DNA from: an uncultured Clostridia bacterium | GTDB lineage: Bacteria > Bacillota > Clostridia > Christensenellales > UBA1242 | Reading direction: 5' to 3' | Length of the DNA: 64,000 bases | NCBI GenBank assembly: GCA_934772525.1 | Contig: CAKVMI010000001.1 | Coordinates: forward strand, 182,613-246,612 | In this document: piece by piece, positions 35,821-45,754 of the stretch | How the letters are laid out: each line of letters begins with the position of its first letter | Numbering within the stretch: position 1 is the first letter of the stretch | Made by a program: the position numbers and the translations under genes | The notes under the pieces: model-generated | Databases searched by the model: none | Told to the model about the DNA's origin: nothing | What the model saw: only the letters and a program-made list of their open reading frames with translations

Positions 35821-37017
35821 ATGAATTGTTTTAAAAAGTTATGGTGCAGAACTTATCAAGGAGCATTTAGACTAATAAGTCCAATGCTTCCTTATAGAGA
35901 ACCTAAAATATTAAATGGAATGACGGATGTTAAAGACGTTTTAGTGAAGGCTGGGGTTACGAGAGTAATGCTTGTAACAGATAAAAGTATTTTTGGGCTT
36001 GGTTTAACAAAGCCATTAGAAGAAACTTTACTAAATGCAAATATAAAGGTGGTTGTTTTTGATGGCGTTGTGCCAAATCCTACCATTTCGTGCATAGAAA
36101 CGGGTTTAACCATATTTAAACAACAATCATTAGAAGCAATTATTGCTTTTGGTGGTGGTTCGGTTATGGATTGTGCCAAAATTATTGGTGCAAGGTTTGT
36201 GCGTCCAAATTTAACCGTTAAAAAGATGAAAGGGCTTCTAAAAATTAGAAAGAAGTTACCACTATTTATTGCTATTCCTACAACTGCTGGTACTGGTAGT
36301 GAAGTAACGGTTGCTGCCGTAATTACCGATGAAAACTCTCATAAAAAGTTCCCTATAAATGATTTTTCGTTAATTTCGCACTATGCGGTTTTGGATCCTA
36401 CGGTTACACTTGGGCTTCCAAAAACTGTTACGGCGTGGACGGGGCTTGATGCTTTGGTTCATGCAGTAGAAGCGTATATTGGTAAGAGTACAACAAAACT
36501 TACAAGACAAAGAAGCGAAGAAGCAGTTAAACTTATTGCCGAAAATCTGCTTTTGGCGTATGAAGATGGTAGTAACATAACTGCTAGAAGTAATATGCTT
36601 AGGGCGTCTTATTGTGCGGGTGTGGCGTTTACAAGAAGTTATGTAGGTTATGTTCATGCAATTGCACATTCGCTTGGCGGAAAGTATGGAGTTCCTCATG
36701 GGCTTGCAAATGCAATAATTCTTCCAAAAATGCTAGAAGCGTATGGTGATACCGTATACGCTCCGCTTGCACGTCTTGCTCGAATTATTGGTCTTGCGGA
36801 TGAATTTACTGTAGATAGTGAAGCGTGTACTAGATTTATTAATTGGGTAAAGGACTTAAACGCCAAAATGGGCATCCCTGAAAAGGTAAAGGAACTTAGA
36901 GAAGTTGATATAAAAGAACTGGCAAAGAATGCAGATAAGGAAGCAAACCCACTATATCCTGTTCCTAAACTAATGGGTAGGAAGGAATTAGAAAAGATGT
37001 ATATAAAATTATTATAA
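35821..37017 (+). CDS. iron-containing alcohol dehydrogenase
   Basis: GGGSVMDCAKIIG, PTTAGTGSEVT and HAIAHSLGGKYGVPHGLANAI motifs. Confidence 0.9.
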   Translation: MNCFKKLWCRTYQGAFRLISPMLPYREPKILNGMTDVKDVLVKAGVTRVMLVTDKSIFGLGLTKPLEETLLNANIKVVVFDGVVPNPTISCIETGLTIFKQQSLEAIIAFGGGSVMDCAKIIGARFVRPNLTVKKMKGLLKIRKKLPLFIAIPTTAGTGSEVTVAAVITDENSHKKFPINDFSLISHYAVLDPTVTLGLPKTVTAWTGLDALVHAVEAYIGKSTTKLTRQRSEEAVKLIAENLLLAYEDGSNITARSNMLRASYCAGVAFTRSYVGYVHAIAHSLGGKYGVPHGLANAIILPKMLEAYGDTVYAPLARLARIIGLADEFTVDSEACTRFINWVKDLNAKMGIPEKVKELREVDIKELAKNADKEANPLYPVPKLMGRKELEKMYIKLL

Positions 37018-37028
37018 TGAATAAACAA

Positions 37029-37058
37029 TTGACAAATTGAAAGAAATTTTGATACAAT
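37029..37058 (+). promoter_or_regulatory. promoter of LRR gene 1 (shared TTGACAAATTG -35 box)
   Basis: TTGACA (37029-37034), 18-nt spacer, TGa-TACAAT (37053-37058). Confidence 0.6.
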
Positions 37059-37136
37059 ATAGTTAGATTTACTAGATAAAATACTTTCAAAACAATGGCA
37101 ATATATTCAATATAAGGGTGAAATAAATTTAAACGT

Positions 37137-40100
37137 ATGAAGAAGATTAAGGAATTTTTTGGTAAGCTTTTTTCAAATAGAGTGCTAATTTTACCACTAA
37201 TAATAGGAATTTGTCTATTTGCAGTGGTAAATTTTAGTGTGTTTAAAAAGCCTGGAAATACAAAGCCAAACGATAGTAATCAAGTAAATATTGACGACGT
37301 GATTATTTATCCAGATAGAGCAAATTCTGGTATGTTTACCTACGAAAGAATTGGTGGGGGTTGTGTAATAACCGGTATTAAAAATGGCGTTCAAATAGAT
37401 AAATACGCCTTTGTTATTTTGCCAGAAACCGCCGTTAGTGGTAAGGTACTTGGAATTGCCGATGAAGCATTTAAAAACACCGCAATTAAAGGTGTTGTTA
37501 TTCCGTCTTCAATTATGACTATTGGAGAATCGGCGTTTGAAAATTGTACCGAATTGAAGTCAGTAAAATTTTTGAGTAAAAGCGAAAACACTCTGGCTTC
37601 TACTAAAATTGGAAGCAATGCTTTTAAAAATTGTACAAAACTAAAAGAAGTCACATTAAGTAACGCGGTTGATGAAGTTACGGAAAACGCTTTTGCTGGA
37701 ACAACTATTGAAACCCTTATTTTGGAAAGTAATAAATTCTATTTGGCGGTTACCGATAACGGCTCTATTGGTGGAGCGGTAAGTGGAAGTACTGCAATTT
37801 TGACCTTGGCAGAGCAAAACGGCGAGATAATTGATGATGGGACTAATGATTATTTAAAGTATTTTTATAATCTTAGTGAAAGGGTTGTAAATAATGTAAC
37901 TTTTTTGGAATATACTTTAAAAGGGGACATTATTACTATTAATTTAAACCTTTCGGGCGGAACACTTTCAAGTGGAGTTGAAGGAGTAATTTACCGAACA
38001 AAAATCTCCGTTGTTAAGGTACTAGATAGCGAAGGAAACATCCAATTAAAAGTTTTGGATGATAGCGGAAAACTTGTAAATTTGGTTGATGAAACAATAA
38101 AACTACCACTTGTTGAAAAACTAGGATATTGGTTTAAAGAGTGGAGAACGGAAGATGGTTTGGTTTACACTAAAATTGATAAAAACATTAGTGAAGATAT
38201 AACGCTAAATGCTATATTTTTGCCACGTCTTATATTTATAAATTACGATTTGAATGGTGGAACTAATGATAGTAGAAATTTAAGCGAGGCAAGTGACGGG
38301 TTAACTTATAGAGTTGGCGGGGAAGAACGAGTTTTGTATCCTGCAACAAAGGAATACTCAATGTTTGTTGGCTGGTATATAGATGCCGATTTCAAAACCA
38401 AGATAGATTCTATTAACGATGATATTTTTAGATACATTATTTACTCAGACGCTGGAAAACCAGAAAGCGAAATAGAAAAGAAAAAAGTTGTTACACTTTA
38501 TGCAAAGTTCGAAACAATCCTAATCATTAATGGTGGGGTGGTTACTGGCGTAAATAGTTTAGCAAGTGGACTTACCGAAATTGTTATTCCACAAAGTGTA
38601 AATGGTGTAACTATTACAAGTATTGCTGATAGTGCGATGGAAAATATGTATTCGTTACGAAAGTTGACCATTAGTGCTAGGCTTACTAGCATTGGTAAAA
38701 ACGCATTTAGAAATTGCTATATGTTAAGTGAAATTAATTATAGCGGTGCGGGGCTATACACAATTGGAGAGTCTGCATTTGAAAATTGCATAAATTTAGG
38801 CGGGTTTACAATTGCAAATTCGGTAATAACTGTTGGTAAAAATGCTTTTAGTGGTTGTATGAACCTTAAAAGTGTTGAATATGAAAGTGGTTCATTAATT
38901 ACAAAAATTGAAGACAATACCTTTAATGGTTGTAGGCTTCTTGAGAGTTTAAAATTGCCGTCGGGGGTTGTTGAATTTGGTGAAAACGCATTTTTAAATT
39001 GCGAAAAACTTAGAGATGTCACCTTTTTAAATGTTTCGTTCCAAGTTCTTGGAAACTATGCTTTTAGCGGAATTAAAGGTTTGACAAATATTACACTAGA
39101 CGGAACTCTTGAAAGTTTAGGCGAAGGAGTTTTTGCGGGGTGTTCTGGACTTAAAAAAGTTAGTTTTGTAAACGGCTTTAAGTTAACCACAATTCCTAAA
39201 AATACTTTTTATGGAGCAACAAGTTTACAAAGTGTTATTTTACCTGAAAGCGTGAAGGTAATTGAAGATAATGCGTTTAATAATTGTGCCACCTTAACTA
39301 GTGTGAGCTTTGGTGATGGTATTACGAAAATTGGTAGTGCTAGTTTTAAAAACACCGCCCTATCAAAAATTGATTTACCAAAAACTTGCACCGTAATTGG
39401 GTGTGATGCATTTAGTGGGTGCAACCTAAAATCGGTGGAAGTTGAAAGTTTAAATGGTTGGGAAGCAAGTGGTGTATTTTTGGAACTTGAAAGTAAGTAT
39501 GACTTATTATACGCTTTAATTAAGGGTGCTAGTTTAACCTACACTGAGCCATTTGTTATGGATGAAAATGGGTATATCACTAAAGTTAAAGCAAATTATT
39601 CATTATATATAATTGGTCAAAATGTTAAGGGTATAGTTGCTGGCGTTTTTGACGGAAATAATAATTTTAGGTTACTATTTGAAAATGAGTCGGGGTGGTT
39701 TTCGGAAATCTCTGAACTTAAAATAAATAACTCAAATGGAAATGCTGAAATTATAGAAATGCTAAGAACATCGACTATTATGAATGAACAAGCCTTGGTT
39801 ATTGAAAAAGGTAGAGTAGTAGGTTCAACTACTGCATTAAATAAAATTTCTATCTTAATTATTCCAGAAGGTGTAACTGTTATTTGTTCGGGTGCAATTA
39901 CTGGTAGTGAAACTATTACAAAAATTGTTCTTCCTACAACGCTTATAAAAATTGAAGTGGGGGCTTTTGCAAGTCTTACAAACCTTGAAAGTGTTGAATT
40001 TTTGGATGAGTTGTATTGGGGGGATGCTAGAGAGAGTGTAAACTTAGAAGATTTTTCTTTGAATGTGCAAAAGGTACAAGAATTAACTAGTGATTTAATA

Positions 40101-41039
40101 AAGACCGAAGTCTTTGAGTTTAGAGGTAATGAACTTATAGGACTTACCGATGTTGGTAAGGGAATGATTGAACTAATAGTACCTAGATTTGTTACGGTTA
40201 TTGGAAGTTATGCTTTTGATGGCTCTATTGCTAGAACAATCACCATTAGTGCGGGTGTTCGTCAACTTAATGAATTTGCCTTTGTTGGGGCGAGTGAACT
40301 TGAAAATGTTATATTTAGTGAAAACCCTACGCTTGAATCTATCGGCAAATATTGTTTTAAAGACCTTAAAAAATTAAAGTCATTTGTAATTCCTGGCGGT
40401 GTAACAACTTTAGGAGAAGGAATATTTAGCGGTTGCGTTGGAATTACTCAAATTGACCTTGGCGGAATAAACTGCATTACCGACGAAATGTTTATGAATT
40501 GTTATAATCTTTTAGCGGTGACCGGTGGACAAAATGTAGAAACTATTGGTATAAAAGCATTCATTTATTGTGTAAACTTAAAAAGTTTTGAATTTGGAAA
40601 CGCATTAAAAGCTATTGGTGCACACGCATTTTATTCGTGCGTATCGCTTAAAGAGTTAAACCTAAATGAAGGATTATTAACAATTGGGAAGGATGCATTT
40701 AATGGTTGTGAAAATATAGTTGGAGTGGTGGCTCTTCCTAATAGTTTACGAGAAATTGGCAGTAATTGTTTCTCAAATTGTTTTAAATTAACCACTATAA
40801 TTTTTGGTGAACAAATTGAAAAAATTGGTGCTTATTTAATTTTTAACAACAACGGGAAAACAAGCGTTTCATCAATTATAATTAAAAGCGGTCTAGTTTT
40901 TAGTTTGTGTGATAATTTAAGCGGTATGGTGTTGCAAGACGGAATAGTTATAGGCGAAGGTGATTTTGTTTCGGGCGAAAGGCTTGCTCATTGCTTTAGA
41001 GAGTTGCTATATAATTACGATTGGGTGAGAGAAAAGTAA
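37137..41039 (+). CDS. BspA-type leucine-rich-repeat surface protein (1300 aa), N-terminal membrane anchor
   Basis: N-terminal TM ILPLIIGICLFAVVNFSVF. Many units of the form IPSSIMTIGESAFENCTELKSVKF (LRR_5/BspA pattern). Confidence 0.8.
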   Translation: MKKIKEFFGKLFSNRVLILPLIIGICLFAVVNFSVFKKPGNTKPNDSNQVNIDDVIIYPDRANSGMFTYERIGGGCVITGIKNGVQIDKYAFVILPETAVSGKVLGIADEAFKNTAIKGVVIPSSIMTIGESAFENCTELKSVKFLSKSENTLASTKIGSNAFKNCTKLKEVTLSNAVDEVTENAFAGTTIETLILESNKFYLAVTDNGSIGGAVSGSTAILTLAEQNGEIIDDGTNDYLKYFYNLSERVVNNVTFLEYTLKGDIITINLNLSGGTLSSGVEGVIYRTKISVVKVLDSEGNIQLKVLDDSGKLVNLVDETIKLPLVEKLGYWFKEWRTEDGLVYTKIDKNISEDITLNAIFLPRLIFINYDLNGGTNDSRNLSEASDGLTYRVGGEERVLYPATKEYSMFVGWYIDADFKTKIDSINDDIFRYIIYSDAGKPESEIEKKKVVTLYAKFETILIINGGVVTGVNSLASGLTEIVIPQSVNGVTITSIADSAMENMYSLRKLTISARLTSIGKNAFRNCYMLSEINYSGAGLYTIGESAFENCINLGGFTIANSVITVGKNAFSGCMNLKSVEYESGSLITKIEDNTFNGCRLLESLKLPSGVVEFGENAFLNCEKLRDVTFLNVSFQVLGNYAFSGIKGLTNITLDGTLESLGEGVFAGCSGLKKVSFVNGFKLTTIPKNTFYGATSLQSVILPESVKVIEDNAFNNCATLTSVSFGDGITKIGSASFKNTALSKIDLPKTCTVIGCDAFSGCNLKSVEVESLNGWEASGVFLELESKYDLLYALIKGASLTYTEPFVMDENGYITKVKANYSLYIIGQNVKGIVAGVFDGNNNFRLLFENESGWFSEISELKINNSNGNAEIIEMLRTSTIMNEQALVIEKGRVVGSTTALNKISILIIPEGVTVICSGAITGSETITKIVLPTTLIKIEVGAFASLTNLESVEFLDELYWGDARESVNLEDFSLNVQKVQELTSDLIKTEVFEFRGNELIGLTDVGKGMIELIVPRFVTVIGSYAFDGSIARTITISAGVRQLNEFAFVGASELENVIFSENPTLESIGKYCFKDLKKLKSFVIPGGVTTLGEGIFSGCVGITQIDLGGINCITDEMFMNCYNLLAVTGGQNVETIGIKAFIYCVNLKSFEFGNALKAIGAHAFYSCVSLKELNLNEGLLTIGKDAFNGCENIVGVVALPNSLREIGSNCFSNCFKLTTIIFGEQIEKIGAYLIFNNNGKTSVSSIIIKSGLVFSLCDNLSGMVLQDGIVIGEGDFVSGERLAHCFRELLYNYDWVREK

Positions 41040-41222
41040 AATCAAATTATTTAACTTTAAAAATATTTTAAATTTTAACCAAAAGTGATAGAATACTGGT
41101 TTAAAACACAGAAATTATTTAAAAAACCAGATAAAACAAAACTAAAAAAAACAAATGAAAACATAGGGTAAAATTCACACAAAATGTGTGATAATTACAT
41201 CTGTGTTTTTTGTTTAAAGGTA

Positions 41223-41250
41223 TTGACAAATTGCGGATTTGTGGTAAAAT
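41223..41250 (+). promoter_or_regulatory. promoter of LRR gene 2
   Basis: TTGACA (41223-41228), 16-nt spacer, TGg-TAAAAT (41245-41250). Confidence 0.6.
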
Positions 41251-41278
41251 ATATGCAAAATAAAGGGAGGACGAAAAT

Positions 41279-43027
41279 ATGAATAAAGAAGGAAGAAAAA
41301 AATTAGATAGCTTTCTAAGATTGTTCTGTGTTGGTATTGCTTGTACTGCAATACTTGCAGTTGGAACTTTTGCACTTGTTGGTTCGGGGTTATTTGATGG
41401 TGTTGTAAAAAGTGGCTCTACTAATGACAACAATAACAGAAATGATATTGTTGACACCGGTGCGAGTGACGATAACGAAAGAGCCAATGGCTTTAAGTTT
41501 GTAAAGATTGGCGACGAATGGTATGTTGAAGAAATTGGCGATGATGTAGTCGTTGATGGCAAGGTTACATTACCAACCGAAACTGGTGATGGAGACAATG
41601 TTGTTGGTGTAATTGATGGAGCTGGAAAAGACAACAAAAACATTACCGAAATTGTTGTCCCTGATGGATACAAAGATATTACTGATGGTGCGTTTAGTGG
41701 CAATGATAATGTTACAAGAATAGTTATTGATAGCAAAAATATCTATGATAAAGTTGACGATAATCTTTTTGGTATTGGAAATGAGAATAGAAAGAATGTA
41801 GAAGTTTTAGTTAATAGTTCTATTGACGACCGCTCTAATGAAACTCTTAGCGATATGGACTTCTATTTAGTAGAAAAGACCGAACAAAATGGCAAGTCTT
41901 ATAATAGATATTTCTATAACACTACCGATTACAGAATTGTAAATGGTGTAGTATATGGCTTTACCACTGCTGGTGCAAGCAAAAACTTAACTACAATTGA
42001 TTTAAATAAAGAATACACTTCTGGTATTGTTATTACCGAAGTTGCAGATAGTGCTTTTGAAGCGAATCAAGTAGCGAAGACTTTAAATATTGGCGAAGGC
42101 ATTACAAGAATTGGTAAATTTGCATTCTACAATACAAAACTTCAAACCGTTTGCACTACAAACACTGAATCTGAATTGTTAGTTGATAGATGTGCATTTA
42201 TGAACTCAAAGGTTACACTTCTATCGCTTGGTAGAACTGTAAAAATTAATATGTATGCATTTAAAAACTGTAGACTTTCTGACAAGTCATCTGTATTAAA
42301 TGCTGAATATTGGTCTTACTTTGTAGCACAACAATCTTTTGCTGGTACTATTAAGATTATTCAAGAAAGCAGAGTGCCAGCTGGTATGTTAAGTACAAAT
42401 AAAACTGGTGACCAAATCTTTGTAAGCAGTATTGATGAATTTATGGCAATGTGGGTTAACGTCAATGAAAACTCTATTGTAAGAAGTTCGGCTAATGCTA
42501 AGATTACAAGAAGTGGTAACATTGTTACTATTGAAGGTGCTTATGGTGCTTATGGTAACTTTAGAATTAGTGCTTCAAATAACTTTATTGGAAATAACTT
42601 TGCAAGCATTATTAATAGTCATCCAGAATACGAATTGTGCTACAACGATTTTAATTCATTTGTTGAAATTAAAAATGGCACAGTAGTTGGATTAAAGTCT
42701 GGTGCTGAAGAAAAGATAAACTTTGCAGTTAAGACTTTACCAAACTATAACCGTGAATTAGTTGTTGATGCTAACATTGATACAATCAATTTAAGTTTAT
42801 TTAAGACACTTTCAAATGGCGAAAATTTAGTTAACGGCGTTACATTTAAAACTGTAAACGACGAAAAAGTTGTATTTGAAATGATTAGTTCGGATGGCGA
42901 AAGCGGGGTTACTATTGAATTTGGTAACGACACTAAGTTAAACGCAAAAAAGATTTATTATATGTTGGACATCTTGGAACAATTTGGTAATGGCGTAACT
43001 GCTGTAAAACTTGTAAGAGTTAAGTAA
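41279..43027 (+). CDS. BspA-type LRR surface protein (582 aa), N-terminal membrane anchor
   Basis: TM LFCVGIACTAILAVGTFALVG, an N/D-rich linker, and units such as VITEVADSAFEANQVAKTLNIGEGITRIGKFAFYNTKL. Confidence 0.7.
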   Translation: MNKEGRKKLDSFLRLFCVGIACTAILAVGTFALVGSGLFDGVVKSGSTNDNNNRNDIVDTGASDDNERANGFKFVKIGDEWYVEEIGDDVVVDGKVTLPTETGDGDNVVGVIDGAGKDNKNITEIVVPDGYKDITDGAFSGNDNVTRIVIDSKNIYDKVDDNLFGIGNENRKNVEVLVNSSIDDRSNETLSDMDFYLVEKTEQNGKSYNRYFYNTTDYRIVNGVVYGFTTAGASKNLTTIDLNKEYTSGIVITEVADSAFEANQVAKTLNIGEGITRIGKFAFYNTKLQTVCTTNTESELLVDRCAFMNSKVTLLSLGRTVKINMYAFKNCRLSDKSSVLNAEYWSYFVAQQSFAGTIKIIQESRVPAGMLSTNKTGDQIFVSSIDEFMAMWVNVNENSIVRSSANAKITRSGNIVTIEGAYGAYGNFRISASNNFIGNNFASIINSHPEYELCYNDFNSFVEIKNGTVVGLKSGAEEKINFAVKTLPNYNRELVVDANIDTINLSLFKTLSNGENLVNGVTFKTVNDEKVVFEMISSDGESGVTIEFGNDTKLNAKKIYYMLDILEQFGNGVTAVKLVRVK

Positions 43028-43038
43028 ATAATAAATTT

Positions 43039-43071
43039 ATACCGATTACATTATGTAGTCGGTATTTTTTT
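43039..43071 (+). terminator. rho-independent terminator
   Basis: ATACCGATTAC / GTAGTCGGTAT hairpin (one G-U), then T7. Confidence 0.75.
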
Positions 43072-43253
43072 ATTACAAAAGAAATAAAACTTATTGGGCT
43101 TTAGTTGGAAGAAGAAAATGTGGTTTAACAAAATGAAGAATTAAATGTATAGAAAGAAAAGTAAATCTATTAAAATAAACAAAAACAATCTAAAAAGATT
43201 GCAAAAACATTCCCAAATTGTGTTAATTTTGACCACTTTATTTCCAAATGCTA

Positions 43254-43281
43254 TTGACAAATTGGCGTTTTGTGGTACAAT
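43254..43281 (+). promoter_or_regulatory. promoter of LRR gene 3
   Basis: TTGACA (43254-43259), 16-nt spacer, TGg-TACAAT (43276-43281). Confidence 0.6.
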
Positions 43282-43313
43282 ATAGAAAATGAAGATTAGG
43301 GGGGACAATCTTT

Positions 43314-44711
43314 ATGATGAATAAAAGAGATAGCTTAGTAAGACTACTAATTGTTTCTATTGTTATGGTGGTTATTGCAAGTGTTGGGGCATTAGGTTTT
43401 GTGTACTATCGTAATGGTAAAAACAATGATGGTAGCGGTATAGTTGATGATAAAAAGCAAGAAGCGGGTATAGGTAATGACGACAATAATTTGCCAGATG
43501 ATGGTAGAGACGATCTTCCTATAATTGACCCAGGTAAAAAAGATGATGAGCCTATAGACGAAGACTCAGATGGATATTTGTATGACGCAAGTATTTACCA
43601 ATATGTAAGAATTGGTAATGTGTATTGTGTTGCAGGTTTTGCAAAAAATGTAAAAAATGTAAGAAGTAATTTAATTTTACCAACTGAAACACCAAATGGT
43701 GGAAAGGTTGCAGGTATTTTCGATAGTGCTTTTGCGGTAAACGGTGATGGTTTAAATTCAAAGATAAAAAGAGTGGTTATTCCATCAACTTATACTTTGA
43801 TTAGTGAATCGGCTTTTGAAAATAGTAATATTGAAGCAGTTTACATTGGACTAGTAGTAGATGGTAATGTTGTATCAAGACCAATTGTTGAAGGGAAAAT
43901 GACAATTAAGGCTGATACATTCAAAAATTGTACAAAGTTAGTTCAAATTGAAATATATAAGTCAGTAAAAAGTGTTGACCCAAAGGCATTTAATGGTGCA
44001 ACTAATGTAAACGTAATGATTATAGAAAGTAAGACCGTTCTTGCCGGAATGACTGGAGACTTCTTTGGTATATCAACCGACCATAATATTGAATTACTTA
44101 TTGAACGTAATATTAATAATGAAAATAGTGTGGTTTTAACAAATCTATTTAAATTAATTGATATTAAATACAATAGAAATGTTGAAATGCATAGATATAT
44201 GGTAAAGAAATTCGCTAAAAATGTTTTTGAAGTTAGAGATAATAAAATAATAGGTTTGAGTGACTGGGCAAAAACAAAAAATGTTGAGTATCTTTTAGTT
44301 AATAGTGAAACTACAGGAATTTCTAAACCTTCTACAAGTTTTGGTGCAAAAGTAGTTGTTGGATGTAATGCATTTACAAATAATGCAAACCTAAAGGGTG
44401 TTGTGTTTGATGGTATTGATGTAGAAATAGAAGAGAATGCTTTTGCAGGATGTGTAAATTTGAAGACTTTAGAATTCAATACCGAACAATTTTTAATTAG
44501 AAGAAATGCTTTTGCAAGTTGCATAAAACTAAGTGCTATAAAAATGACAATGAATACTAGTGTATTAGTGTCACATTATTACGAAGGTGCCATTTGGTCG
44601 GGTGAATATGCAATTAGAGTTGACAAAACCGAAAGTAAAGAATTGATAAAATTATTATTAGAAGTTCCAAAAGCCGATGATTATAACGAATTTAGTGCAA
44701 TTGTTGGTTAA
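43314..44711 (+). CDS. BspA-type LRR surface protein (465 aa), N-terminal membrane anchor
   Basis: TM LLIVSIVMVVIASVGALGFV, a D/G-rich linker, and units such as VIPSTYTLISESAFENSNIEAVYI and VVGCNAFTNNANLKGVVF. Confidence 0.7.
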   Translation: MMNKRDSLVRLLIVSIVMVVIASVGALGFVYYRNGKNNDGSGIVDDKKQEAGIGNDDNNLPDDGRDDLPIIDPGKKDDEPIDEDSDGYLYDASIYQYVRIGNVYCVAGFAKNVKNVRSNLILPTETPNGGKVAGIFDSAFAVNGDGLNSKIKRVVIPSTYTLISESAFENSNIEAVYIGLVVDGNVVSRPIVEGKMTIKADTFKNCTKLVQIEIYKSVKSVDPKAFNGATNVNVMIIESKTVLAGMTGDFFGISTDHNIELLIERNINNENSVVLTNLFKLIDIKYNRNVEMHRYMVKKFAKNVFEVRDNKIIGLSDWAKTKNVEYLLVNSETTGISKPSTSFGAKVVVGCNAFTNNANLKGVVFDGIDVEIEENAFAGCVNLKTLEFNTEQFLIRRNAFASCIKLSAIKMTMNTSVLVSHYYEGAIWSGEYAIRVDKTESKELIKLLLEVPKADDYNEFSAIVG

Positions 44712-44720
44712 AACAAAAAG

Positions 44721-44750
44721 TGTGTTGATAAAATTTATCAGCACATTTTT
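44721..44750 (+). terminator. rho-independent terminator
   Basis: TGTGTTGATAA / TTATCAGCACA hairpin, then T5. Confidence 0.7.
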
Positions 44751-44842
44751 ATTTGTAAAAATTTTTTAATATAATTAAATTGACAAAACTTATAAAAAAC
44801 ATTACAATTAAACAAAATGATAAGTTTAGGGAAATGGGTTTT

Positions 44843-45754
44843 ATGGAAAATGTAATTGAAATTACGGGGCTTAAAAAGTATTTTGGCGAAGTAAAAGCCG
44901 TAGACGGAATTGATTTTAAAGTAAAAAGGGGAGAATTATTTGCCTTTTTAGGTGTAAATGGTGCGGGTAAAAGTACAACTATTTCTATAATGTCTGGAAC
45001 ACTCAAAAAAGATGCTGGCAGTGTAATTATTGATGGGCTAAATATAGATACCGATATGCAAAAGATTTCGACGATGTTAGGGGTTGTTTTTCAAGGGTCG
45101 GTATTGGATAATTGCTTGTCTGTTGAAGAAAATTTGATGGCTCGCGCTAGCTTATATGGAATTACTGGAAAGGATGCGATGGCTAGAATAAAATACTTAG
45201 CTCAAAAGCTTGAATTTGAAAATATTTTAAATAGACCGGTTGGAAAACTATCTGGTGGACAAAGAAGACGAATTGATGTGGCGAGAGCGTTGTTACATTC
45301 TCCAAGTATTTTAATACTAGATGAACCAACCACAGGGCTTGACCCATACACCAGAAGGGTTTTGTGGAGTGTAATAAATGAGTTTAGGAAGAGTCTTGGG
45401 ATGACGGTATTCTTGACGACTCACTATATGGAAGAAACGGTTGATGCAGATTACGTAATTATTTTGGATGCCGGAAAGGTTGTTGCAAGGGGTACACCGA
45501 TTGAATTAAAAAACAAGTATACCTATGACTACATTACTATTTATGGACAAACCGAAGAAGCGGTAAAGAAACTCGGGTGCTTGTACGAAATTACTAAAAA
45601 CGGAATAAAAGTTCGGGTAAAAAGCACATTCGATGTGGTGAATCTAATAAAGGAACACGGCGAAGTATTTACCGATTTTGAAGTTATAAAAGGTAAAATG
45701 GATGATGTATTTTTGACGGTGACTGGTAAAATTTTGGAAGGGGGTAATAACTAA
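44843..45754 (+). CDS. ABC transporter ATP-binding protein
   Basis: Walker A GVNGAGKST, signature LSGGQRRR, Walker B ILILDEPT. The start at ATG 44843 is preferred (AGGGAA upstream); ATG 44834 and TTG 44780 are alternatives. Confidence 0.9.
   Translation: MENVIEITGLKKYFGEVKAVDGIDFKVKRGELFAFLGVNGAGKSTTISIMSGTLKKDAGSVIIDGLNIDTDMQKISTMLGVVFQGSVLDNCLSVEENLMARASLYGITGKDAMARIKYLAQKLEFENILNRPVGKLSGGQRRRIDVARALLHSPSILILDEPTTGLDPYTRRVLWSVINEFRKSLGMTVFLTTHYMEETVDADYVIILDAGKVVARGTPIELKNKYTYDYITIYGQTEEAVKKLGCLYEITKNGIKVRVKSTFDVVNLIKEHGEVFTDFEVIKGKMDDVFLTVTGKILEGGNN

Noticed and set aside
41119-41736. 205-aa minus-strand ORF. Similar long antisense ORFs occur at 43943..44524, 7369..7806, 3579..3980, 45882..46292 and 31297..31689.
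   Set aside because: All lie antisense inside strongly supported + strand genes. They translate to low-complexity S/L/F/P-rich strings and have no RBS. They are shadow ORFs typical of AT-rich coding DNA.
43297-43302. G6 run in the RBS region of LRR gene 3, and a G6 run at about 40018 inside LRR gene 1, as further phase-variation tracts.
   Set aside because: They are too short to be convincingly hypermutable and are in frame or intact here. I mention them only for comparison with the G8/G9 fibre tracts.
44780-44842. N-terminal extension of the ABC ATPase from TTG 44780.
   Set aside because: The extension overlaps the terminator and promoter region and has no RBS. ABC ATPases normally start about 30 residues before the Walker A motif, as with ATG 44843.
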